Notes under the pieces: generated by a model
The model's database searches: none
What the model was told of the DNA's origin: nothing
Seen by the model: the letters and a program-made list of their open reading frames with translations, nothing else
Shown here: positions 1 through 8,452 of the stretch, in pieces
How the letters are laid out: each line of letters starts with the position of its first letter
Numbering within the stretch: the stretch's first letter is position 1
Origin: Octopus sinensis
Lineage: Eukaryota
NCBI RefSeq assembly: GCF_006345805.1
Contig: NW_021825796.1
Span: 1-14,559, forward strand
Direction: 5' to 3'
Length of the DNA: 14,559 bases
Position numbers and translations under genes: made by a program

Positions 1-22
1 CAAGAATTTTTAAAAAGCCATC

Positions 23-143
23 AATAATAATAATAATAATAATAATGATGATGATGATGATGATGATGATGAGATGATGGGTTGGTGGTGGTGTGGTGGT
101 GGTGGTGGTGGTGATGAGGATGATGATGATGATGTTGATGATA
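23..143. repeat. Compound trinucleotide microsatellite (AAT)n-(GAT)n-(GGT)n-(GAT)n
   Basis: Directly visible tandem triplets. Confidence 0.95.
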
Positions 144-225
144 TTTTAAAAAACCATATATCCAAATGAGAATTTATTCAGCATTAAAACAGAAATCACT
201 GTGGTGAGATACTTGTGTATAGTAT

Positions 226-336
226 GTGTGTTTACATTGGTGTATGTTTGTGTGTGCGTATGTGCACGTTTGTTTCCTAGTGTGTGTGTGTGTGTGTGTG
301 TGTGTCTCTGTGTGGATGTGTGTGTGTGCGTGTGTA
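226..336. repeat. Imperfect (TG)n microsatellite
   Basis: Directly visible; it explains the spurious CV-rich ORF 226..492. Confidence 0.9.
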
Positions 337-547
337 GAAATAATCATAAGTCTGCATAAGCAAGGTGTATGTCAAAATGATAGAAATGTTTCAAATCATG
401 ATTATATGTATATATATCACTGTATCACTATGTCGAACAGGCTGTCAGATGTTGTTATACATCGCCGTTCACAATGCCCTTCCTTGCAGTGATGTAGTTT
501 TTGAATGGCTCCACCACGCTGGCGAGGTAAAAAGGCACACATCTCCC

Positions 548-680
548 TGAATAGAATGCCAGTTCATTGCAAGTTTCTCATTTGCAGCCGAGTGGAGTGC
601 AACAACTTGAAATGAAGTGTTTTGCTCAAGAACATAACGCGTTGCCGGCCTCAGAATCGAAAACAAGATGGCTACGTGAT
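548..680 (-). mobile_element. Degenerate fragment of a tRNA-derived SINE with a CORE-like segment
   Basis: The minus strand has a B-box-like TTTCGATTCT (~654-663) followed by TTCTTGAGCAAAACACTTCATTTCA, resembling the CORE-like block of the other SINEs here. GCCAGTTCATTGCAAG (~558-573) resembles GCCGGTCCGTCGCAGG of the SINE at 691-997. Heavily diverged, and boundaries are approximate. Confidence 0.5.
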
Positions 681-690
681 ATCACAATTT

Positions 691-997
691 GTTGTCATTA
701 GTTCCTTCTTGAGCCACGCATGGCTCATAGGGCCGGTTTCCCGGTTTACTTGGAGTATAGGTTCACCACCTGGACGGGACGCCGGTCCGTCGCAGGTGAG
801 CTGCAAGATGCAGAAGGAAAGAGTGAGAGAAAGTTGTGGCGAAAGAGTCAGCCGAAGTTCGCCATTACCTTCTGCCGGTGACGCGTGGAGCTTAGGTGTT
901 TCGCTCATAAACACACACATCGCCCAGTCTGAGATTCGAACTCTCGATCCCTCAACAGCGAGTCCGCTGCTCTAACCACTAGGCCATGTGCCTCCAC
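691..997 (-). mobile_element. tRNA-derived SINE, family B copy 1 (V-domain-like body, (AAC)n-type tail)
   Basis: The minus strand starts GTGGAGGCACATGGCCTAGTGGTTAGAGC (A box) and has a B-box-like AGTTCGAATC. The body contains CCTGCGACGGACCGGCGTCCCGTCCAGG, resembling the V-SINE conserved domain. It aligns over its full length with 8538-8845. Confidence 0.88.
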
Positions 998-1075
998 ATT
1001 GTGAGCTATAGGCTATACTATTCTTAAGTTTAGTTTATAAGCTATACTATTCTTCATTTAAAATCTTCATATAAT

Positions 1076-1139
1076 ATTCGAACCGGTGATCCCTCGACCG
1101 CGAGACCGCTGCTTTAACCACTTGGCCATATGCCTCCAC
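1076..1139 (-). mobile_element. Head-only fragment (tRNA-related region) of family B SINE
   Basis: The minus strand reads GTGGAGGCATATGGCCAAGTGGTTAAAGCAGCGGTCTCGCGGTCGAGGGATCACCGGTTCGAAT. It is homologous to the heads at 932-997 and 8778-8845 and ends right after the B box. Confidence 0.8.
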
Positions 1140-1297
1140 TGACATCATAATACTAATATATAAATCGGTGGTTCTCAATAGAGGTCTATATAAGATTTTG
1201 TTGTTAAAGATCATGTGCAGTGAACTGGTTATACTTGTGCAGTGCACAAAATAATTTAGCAATGTGTTTATGCAATTCCAAGTAATATTTAATTATA

Positions 1298-1690
1298 GGC
1301 GCAGGAGTGGTTGTGTGGTAAGTAGCTTGCTTACGAGCGACATGGTTCTGGGTTCAGTCCCACTGCGTGGCATCTTGGGCAAGATACCTCTACTATTGCC
1401 TCGGGCCGACTAAAGCATTGTGTGTGGATTTGGTAGAGGGAAACTGAAAGAAGCTCGTTTCTATATATGTATATATATATGTGTGTGTATGTGTGTGTGT
1501 CTTTGTCCTCCTAGCATTGCTTGGCAACCTATGCTGGTCTGTTTATATCCCCGTCACATAGCGGTTCGGCAAAAGAGACCGATAGCATAAGTACTAGGCC
1601 TACAAAGAATAAGTCCCGGAGTCGATTTGCTCGACTAAAGCGGTGCTGCAGCATGGCCAGAGTCAAATGACTGAAACCAGTAAAAGAGTA
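1298..1690 (+). mobile_element. tRNA-derived CORE-type SINE, family A copy 1 (full length)
   Basis: Head GGCGCAGGAGTGGTTGTGTGGTAAGTAGC with B-box-like GGTTCAGTCCC; CORE-like CTTGGGCAAG...CTACTATTGCCTC; internal (TA)/(TG) tract; 3' end GACTGAAACCAGTAAAAGAG. Homologous copies lie at 1701-2150, 2308-2760 and 7594-8330. Resembles the octopus OR-type SINEs (recognition only). Confidence 0.9.
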
Positions 1691-1700
1691 ATAAATATAG

Positions 1701-1926
1701 TCTTTTACTCTTTTACTTGTTTCAGTCATTTGACTGTGGCCATGTAGGAGCACCGCCTTTAGTCGAGCAAATCGACCCCGGACTTATTCTTTGTAAGCCT
1801 AGTACTTTCTATTGTCTCTTTTGCCGAACCGCTAAGCGACGGGGACGTAAACACACCCCATCGGTTGTCAAGCAATGCTAGGGAGACAAACCAAGACACA
1901 CAAACACACACACACACACACACACA

Positions 1927-1979
<53 letters not shown>

Positions 1980-2150
1980 ATATATACATATATACAACAG
2001 CTTCTTTCAGTTTCCGTCCGCCAAATCCACTCACAAGGCATTGGTCGGCCCGAGGCTATAGTAGAAGACACTTGCCCAAGGTGCCACGCAGTGGGACTGA
2101 ACCCGGAACCATGTGGTTGGTTAGCAAGCTACTTACCACACAGCCACTGC
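1701..2150 (-). mobile_element. tRNA-derived CORE-type SINE, family A copy 2 (full length, inverted relative to copy 1)
   Basis: Its reverse complement aligns end to end with 1298-1690, with an internal (CA)n(TA)n tract at ~1896-1995. Confidence 0.9.
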
Positions 2151-2307
2151 ACGGTTTTCTGAAAAATAGAATGGCTGGTGGAGTGCACTAGAGTAAAACA
2201 AGAATCAAAATGGCTCATGGGCATCTAAATGTGGAACACCACTGATATGAATAATGAAATTTGGAAAATATATATATATATATAAATATATATATATTGA
2301 CAATGCA

Positions 2308-2760
2308 AGCGCAGATGTGGCTGTGTGGTAAGAAGCTTGCTTTCCAATCTCATGGTTTCGAATTCAGTCCTCCAATCCGGGGCTTAGTGGTCAAGTGCTT
2401 ACTACTATAACTAAGCACCAACCAAAGCCTTCTGAGTGGATTTGGGAGACAGAAACTGAAAGAACCCTTCGTATATATATATATATAATTATATATTATA
2501 TATATATATATTATATTATGTTGTATGTCTGTGTTATATGTATGTTCCTATGTTTCTGTGTTCCCCCACCACCACCACCATCGCTTGATAACAGATGTTG
2601 GTGTGTTTACATCTCCGTAAGCTAGCGGTTCGGCAATAGATACTGATGGAATAAGTAACGGACTTGCAAAGAATAAGTCCTAGGGTAGATTTGTTCGACC
2701 AACGTTGGTGCTCAAGCATGGCCGCAGTCAAATTACTGAAGCAAGTGAAAGGGTAAGAGA
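2308..2760 (+). mobile_element. tRNA-derived CORE-type SINE, family A copy 3 (more diverged)
   Basis: Has the GTGGCTGTGTGGTAAGAAGCTTGC head, GAGTGGATTTGG..GAAACTGAAAGAA, an internal microsatellite and the GCATGGCCGCAGTCAAATTACTGAAGCAAG tail, all collinear with copy 1. Confidence 0.85.
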
Positions 2761-3340
2761 ATAAACGAATAAACTGGTGTCGAAAATCTAAAAAATATAA
2801 TCGCCATTTTCCAGTATGAGCGTGACTCAAGAAATATTTTTAAGATATGTGCGTATTTAATTGAATCGATTTTATGAAATTTTCTCTGGATTTGTATGCA
2901 CTCAAGATTAATGCAGTGGCTGTTTATACTGTTTGAAATCGTCAGTCGTTGATGTTGTTGATGGTGTAGTTGGTGTTGTTCATTTATCGAAATTCAACTG
3001 TGATCTCATCCATGTAAGATGAAAAATTCTTCCAGCCGTGGATATCCTGTTCTTGTTAGAAAACATATATAGTAATATTACTGATCCTCGACTTCAACTT
3101 TTAAACCGGTGTGGAGCTGTTTTGTAATATCGGGATGCTATTTCTACCAATTCTAATTCTAACCTTCCAGGTAATTAAATACACCGCGCATTTTTTTATT
3201 GTGAAGAAAATTTAAAACAAATATATGAATCAATTGATATAATATTATAGCGCAAATACTTATCATATAGGTGTATTTTAAATAACGTAAGAGAAGCATT
3301 ACTTTTGCATTAGAAATCGATAGCAAGGGAAGAACGAATA

Positions 3341-3361
3341 GTTGTTCAAATTATAATATAT
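3341..3361. repeat. Left copy of a 21-bp direct repeat (putative target-site duplication)
   Basis: GTTGTTCAAATTATAATATAT, identical to 4028-4048. Confidence 0.85.
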
Positions 3362-4027
3362 GTTTCTTTATTAGCCACACAGGGCTGAACACAGACGGGA
3401 CAAATTACAAAGTAGAGCTTTTCTTTTTGGAGAGAAATAAAAGGGGTAGGTTTCCGATCAAAATGGATCGTAAAAAGGAAAAAGAAAAAAAACGATCAAT
3501 AGGGATCGTGTATCACAGATATGTCATGATATAAAGTGTAAAGGGGGAAGCAGATAAGGTTTATCAATGGAAAGAAAAGCTTACGGAAAAGACCACGGTA
3601 ACTTCGATCAATAATGTCACATTTTAACACATTTATTTGCTAGTAAGTAACTCTCTGTTTCAAATTTTTCCGGGTTCATAGGATTATGCTCAAAGGTGGC
3701 TTCGTCATTCATACGTGCCATCCTTGCTACATTCACCCATCTTTTTTTTGAAACATTCGCTAGACAAAACTTGCCTCTCTACTCTCACTTTCCTTTTCAA
3801 GTGGTACTTGAAGAAGTTGATGAGAGATTGACCAGAGAGGAAAGTGTTTGTCTCCAATCCTTTCAGACGCTTCCACCAGATACATTCTTTCGCCATAGCC
3901 ACAAGTAGCTCTTCCTTCCCGTTTGAAAGAAGGAGGCGTGACGATATTGACGATAGACTCGGCTGATAAGCCGACTCGTCCCACACGTGACAGCAGTCGT
4001 TTGACATAAGCCCACAGGTCGGAAATT
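3362..4027 (-). mobile_element. 5'-truncated non-LTR retrotransposon, probably Tx1/L1 clade: ORF2 C-terminus plus 3' UTR
   Basis: Joining frames across two frameshifts on the minus strand gives ISDLWAYVKRLLSRVGRVGLSAESIVNIVTPPSFKREGRA / LLVAMAKECIWWKRLKGLETNTFLSGQSLINFFKYHLKRKVRVERQVLSSECFKK / RWVNVARMARMNDEAT. This resembles the region after the zinc knuckle in Tx1-type ORF2 (AK..IW..R and F..RW motifs). An AATAAA lies at the 3' end (minus strand 3372-3367), and a perfect 21-bp duplication flanks the element. The clade call is by recognition. Confidence 0.7.
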
Positions 4028-4048
4028 GTTGTTCAAATTATAATATAT
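4028..4048. repeat. Right copy of the 21-bp direct repeat (putative target-site duplication)
   Basis: GTTGTTCAAATTATAATATAT, identical to 3341-3361. Confidence 0.85.
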
Positions 4049-4120
4049 ATCTCTCTGTTAGTACAACAACACCTATCAATGCTACAAGCAGAATAATGAC
4101 CTATAACGAATAATAAATTT

Positions 4121-4340
4121 TCTCCTATAGGCACGAGGTTTGAAATTTTGAGGAACGGAATTGTCGATTACATCATCCCCAGTGGTTGACTTGTACTTAT
4201 ATAATTGACCTCCGAAAGGTTAAAATGCAAAGTCGATCACTGCAGAATTTGAATGCAGAAGACAAAGACGAAGGAATTTTACCAAAGCATCTTGCCCAGC
4301 GTGCTACACCTTTCTCTGACGTTTCTACAAGCTCACCGCC
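4121..4340 (-). mobile_element. Degenerate tRNA-derived SINE, family C
   Basis: The minus strand begins GGCGGTGAGCTTGTAGAAACG..., has a B-box-like ATTCAAATTC, then GATCGACTTTGCATTTTAACCTTTCGGAGGTCAATTATATAAGTACAAG. That stretch resembles the GTCGACTTTGCCTTTCATCCTTTCGGGGTCGATAAAATAAGTACCAG core I recognise in molluscan SINEs. It is the only copy in the window, so support rests on recognition. Confidence 0.6.
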
Positions 4341-4350
4341 ATACAAGCAA

Positions 4351-4352
4351 TG

Positions 4353-4449
<97 letters not shown>

Positions 4450-4481
4450 TAATAACAATAACAATAATAATAATAATAATA
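4351..4481. repeat. (AAT)n/(AAC)n compound microsatellite
   Basis: Directly visible. Confidence 0.95.
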
Positions 4482-4482
4482 G

Positions 4483-4837
4483 TGATCACGAGCAGAAGTA
4501 GTGGGGGAGTATCATAGCCATGTGTTGAGAGGGATTCTTTGGGGTTTGAATAATTCACCTCTGGAGACATGGGTGGGTTTTTCAACATCCTTAAACAACC
4601 ATTATTCAGGGAACGTTTGAGCGGGATGGGCTACTCAACCTGAAGAAAATTCTAACTGGGCCCCACCTGCAAGGTCATGTGCAGTTTATCTCGATATGAG
4701 ATCACCATGCCGCGCACATATGGTTGCGATGCATGTGCCTGGTGTGCCCTTATCAGACGGGTAGTCATGATGGGTATATTGGGCTTCGTATATTTTACCC
4801 CAGTGTCACTTTGATGACATGAACTGCTCTCTCACTC
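4483..4837 (+). mobile_element. (AAT)n-tailed interspersed element, copy 1 (probable LINE 3' end or non-autonomous retroelement)
   Basis: Collinear with 5095-5448. Ends CTCTCTCACTC directly followed by (AAT)n, and is preceded by (AAT)n. Confidence 0.75.
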
Positions 4838-4883
4838 AATAATAATGATAATAATAATAATAATATAATAGTAATAATAATCA

Positions 4884-5033
4884 TAAATGCGCTGATGCAG
4901 TACCAGGCAGTAGCTATGGTTGTAATGCATGTGCCTGGTGTACCCTTATCAGAGGGGTAGTCATGAAGGGTATACTGGGCTTCGTATATTTTACCTCAGT
5001 GTCACTTTGATGGCATGCACTGCTCTCTCACTC
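4884..5033 (+). mobile_element. (AAT)n-tailed element, copy 2 (short, with a different 5' segment)
   Basis: 4915-5033 matches the last ~120 bp of copies 1 and 3 and is followed by (AAT)n at 5034-5073. The segment 4884-4914 (ATAAATGCGCTGATGCAGTACCAGGCAGTAG) is not found at the equivalent position in copies 1 or 3. Confidence 0.72.
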
Positions 5034-5073
<40 letters not shown>

Positions 5074-5448
5074 GGCTGACGATATGTGCATCTCTGATCA
5101 CGAGCAGAAGTAGTGAGGGAGCATCATAGCCATGTGTTGAGAAGGATTCTTTGGGGTTTGAATAATTCACCTCTGGAAACATGGGTGTTTCGTTCAACGT
5201 CTTTAAACAACCCTTATTCAGGGACCTTTTAAGCGGGATGGGCTACTCGATCTGAAGAAAATTCTAACTGGGCTCCACCTGCAAGGTCATGTGCTGTTTG
5301 TCTTGATATGAGATCACCATGTCGCGCACATATGGTTGTGATGCATGTGCCTGGTGTACCCTTATCAGACGGGTAGTCATGATGGGTATACTGGGCTTCG
5401 TATATTTAACCCCAGTGTCACTTTGATGGCATGCTCTGCTCGCTCACT
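5074..5448 (+). mobile_element. (AAT)n-tailed element, copy 3 (longest)
   Basis: Starts GGCTGACGATATGTGCATCTCTGATCACGAGCAG immediately after (AAT)n, about 21 bp further 5' than copy 1. Ends CGCTCACT followed by (AAT)n. Confidence 0.75.
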
Positions 5449-5449
5449 G

Positions 5450-5450
<1 letters not shown>

Positions 5451-5487
<37 letters not shown>

Positions 5488-5490
5488 TAT

Positions 5491-5529
<39 letters not shown>

Positions 5530-5678
5530 GAAAGAAGAAGAAGAAGAAAGAAGAAGAAGAAGAGAAAAGAAGAAGAAGAAGAAGAAGAAGAAGAAGAAGA
5601 GAAGAAGAAAGAAGAAGAAGAAGAAGAAGAAGAAGAAGAAGAAGAGAAAAAGAAGAAGAAGAAGAAGAAGAAGAAGAA
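5451..5678. repeat. (AAT)n followed by (GAA)n microsatellite
   Basis: Directly visible; it explains the poly-N/K/E and poly-S/L/F ORFs. Confidence 0.95.
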
Positions 5679-5949
5679 TATGAGGTGCATAATAATAATA
5701 GTAATAGCAGTTTCGAATTTTGCCACGAAATAAGACCTAATGATTCTGCAAATCCACTTTTTATGGTTATTTTGCTGTATGACTCCGCCATCATCAGCGA
5801 GAAACAAAAAATTACTGTAATAACATTAAGAAGAAGAACAATTACTGGGTTCGCTTGGTTCGACTAAAAGCTTCAATGTGCGGCCCGCAGCAATGATTTG
5901 GAACGACTAAAAGATAAAAGAGTGATGAAGAACAATGCTGCTACTGCTA

Positions 5950-6329
5950 CTGATGAAGATGATGATGATGATGATGACGTCGATTATTACGGTGGATGTG
6001 GTGGTGATGGTGATGATGATAATGATGATGATGATGAAGATGGGGTCGACGTGGACGACGATGATAATGATGATGATGATGGTGTTGATTAGGATTTGAA
6101 GACGATGATGGTGATGGTGATGATGATGATGATGATGATGCAGGCGACGATGACGATGACGAAGATGATGATGATGATGATGATGATGATGATATGATGA
6201 TGATGATGATGATGGTGAAATGATGATGATGGAAATGATAATGATGGAAATGATGATGATGGAAATGATGATGATGGAAATGATGATGATGATGATGATG
6301 ATGATGCAGGCGACGACGACAACGACGAC

Positions 6330-6360
<31 letters not shown>

Positions 6361-6405
6361 GCGACGACGACGACGACTACATTGATGATGATGAACAGGA
6401 GGATC

Positions 6406-6441
<36 letters not shown>

Positions 6442-6542
6442 CGGCGTCCATGATTATGGTTATGATGATGATGATCCAGGCGACGACGACAACGACGACG
6501 ATGATGATGATGATGATGATGATGGCGACGACGACGACGACT

Positions 6543-6576
<34 letters not shown>

Positions 6577-6631
6577 CGTCCATGATTATGGTTATGATGA
6601 TGATGATCCGGGCGACGACGACAACGACGGA

Positions 6632-6686
<55 letters not shown>

Positions 6687-6730
6687 ATGATGATGCTGGC
6701 GACGACGACGACGATGATGATGATGATGAC
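5950..6730. repeat. Long (GAT)n/(GAC)n compound array with higher-order repeats
   Basis: Triplet array with repeated modules: GGAAATGATGATGAT (~6231-6290) and a ~130-bp unit starting CGTCCATGATTATGGTTATGATG at ~6446 and ~6578. Confidence 0.93.
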
Positions 6731-7593
6731 GTAAGCAAATAAAAGAATATTTATTCTAAAAAAACTATATATATATATATTTAAAAAAGAGGAATGTAAT
6801 GCTACAACAATAATAAATAGTAATCTGAGTCGAACGACGACCAAAGATAAATATAGCTATTAAATCGTATTATCCACGTTGTTTCTATGAGAGGCTAACC
6901 GGCTTAACGTCTTTTTGTTCGGTATTAAGATTGAGAAAAGATTTCTTAAGAACTTGAACAATCAGGTTTTGAAGTTATAGCTCTATGAGCCGTGGATGCT
7001 TTTAATATTGGAGGGCTCGTGTGTTGGGTGTAGTCACTATTGCTCTCTGCAGACCGTCTGTAATGTAGTACGGTTTCGTTTATGAAAGGTGAATACAGAT
7101 TTGGTATGATATCCAACCTGAAGCTTTTAACGGATCAAGAGATGATCTTGACGACAGAAGCATAGGAAAGGGGAGGAGGAAGAATTAGTGGTGGTGGCGA
7201 TGGTGGTGGTGGTGGTGGATAAAAGGTGGATAAACTAAGATGAAAAGACGAAAAGAGAGAAATGGGACGATTTATGGGAAAATCTGAAGCATTGCGGAGA
7301 TTTAGTGCTTTGCGTTACTTTGCTAAAGATGGCAGTTGGTGGTAGAATTATAGATGCTGAAGATCATTGTGAAGGAATTGATGTAAAAGACAATATTATT
7401 TGAAACAATAGGAAAAAAAAAAGAAGTTTCATAAAGAAGGGAGATAATCTAGGATATCGAAAGTGAAAGTCAAAGAAGCATGACATACGTAAATTCGATT
7501 GGCATATGGAGAAGAAATTACTAAAACCCGCCCACCTATCATATAGAAAGAACTGAGTGCCACCTACCTACACTTTACTGCTTCAGCGGATAT

Positions 7594-7904
7594 TCTTTTA
7601 CCTTACACTGGTTTCACTCATTGGACAGCGACCATATTAGGACATTGATTCGTACATTTCGGCGCCAAAACTTGGTCTTCGTTTTATTTTTTATTTTGGC
7701 GTCTCTTTTTAAAGTCTACTACTCATTGTACAGGTCTCTGTGCCGAACGACTAAATTACAGAGACATAAACAAACCATTACCGGATGTCAAGTGATGATA
7801 GAAACAATTATAAGACACACACACTCTTTATTTCTCTCTCTCGCGCAAAACACATATAAATGTATGTATATATATGTGTGTGTATATATATATAATATAA
7901 TATA

Positions 7905-7944
<40 letters not shown>

Positions 7945-8064
7945 AATGCATATGTGTATATCTGTCTGTCAATCTATCTATTTATCTATCCAGCTAGCTA
8001 TACATACACATACACATGCATACATACATACATACACACACACATACACATGCACACAACACAC

Positions 8065-8106
<42 letters not shown>

Positions 8107-8330
8107 TGTGTGTTAATGTGGGTGGGTGTGTAAGTATATATATATATATATTGTGCGTGTATATATATCGATATCTGTATAGGAGTTCTGTCAGCCGAAT
8201 TGAGTAGGCAGTGGTTTGGCCTGGGGCTATAGTAGAAGACACTTGCCCGAAGCGCTACTCGCTTGTACTGAATCCAAAACCACGTAGTTGTAGAGCGTGT
8301 TTCTTAACCGCACAGCCATGCAGGCGTCCT
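7594..8330 (-). mobile_element. Degenerate family A CORE-type SINE, copy 4, with a greatly expanded internal microsatellite
   Basis: The tail remnant TCTTTTACCTTACACTGGTTTCACTCATTGGACAGCGACCAT (7594-7640), the middle GGTCTCTGTGCCGAACGACTAAATTACAGAGACATAAACAAACC (~7733-7777) and the head half GGGGCTATAGTAGAAGACACTTGCCC...CACAGCCATG (8223-8320) are collinear with copy 2. A CA/TA/TG tract spans ~7815-8175. Confidence 0.72.
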
Positions 8331-8452
8331 CTGGCCATAGGGGAAACAATATATTGGCAAGCAAAATATAAATGGGGTTTTATGCTGGTTGCCTATCCTC
8401 GTTGGCATAAACCTGCTAAACTGAAAATTTTCAGTGCGTATTTAAATTATTT

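Noticed and set aside
932-997. tRNA-like sequences at SINE heads (also 8778-8845, 1076-1139 and 1298-1365) as real tRNA genes
   Set aside because: They lack a closing acceptor stem and run into SINE bodies (or, at 1076-1139, stop at the B box), so they are SINE promoters.
682-1004. Short inverted match flanking family B copy 1 (TCACAAT / ATTGTGA) suggesting TIRs
   Set aside because: Only 7 bp and AT-rich, and the element is clearly a pol III SINE, so this is probably chance.
2940-3180. Possible exon: minus-strand TTTTCTAACAAG acceptor followed by EQDIHGWKNFSSYMDEITVEFR*, or a plus-strand CAG|GTAATT donor at 3170
   Set aside because: Short, no recognisable protein similarity, and no consistent open exon between splice sites. 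It would need RNA-seq.
4351-5530. CRISPR-like or satellite interpretation of the repeat/spacer alternation
   Set aside because: The context is eukaryotic, the 'spacers' are homologous to each other and the 'repeats' are simple AAT runs.
5710-5920. Possible very decayed SINE remnant (TTCGACTAAAAGCTTCAATGTGCGG...TAAAAGATAAAAGAG resembles the family A tail)
   Set aside because: Similarity is too patchy to set boundaries by eye.
7090-7405. Short open frames IWYDIQPEAFNG... and KWDDLWENLKHCGDLV...
   Set aside because: About 30-55 aa, bounded by stops, with only a superficial LRR-like word and no splice support.
8420-8435. 16-bp perfect palindromes ACTGAAAATTTTCAGT (here) and CTATCTAATTAGATAG (13537-13552)
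   Set aside because: Roughly the number expected by chance in 14.5 kb of AT-rich DNA.
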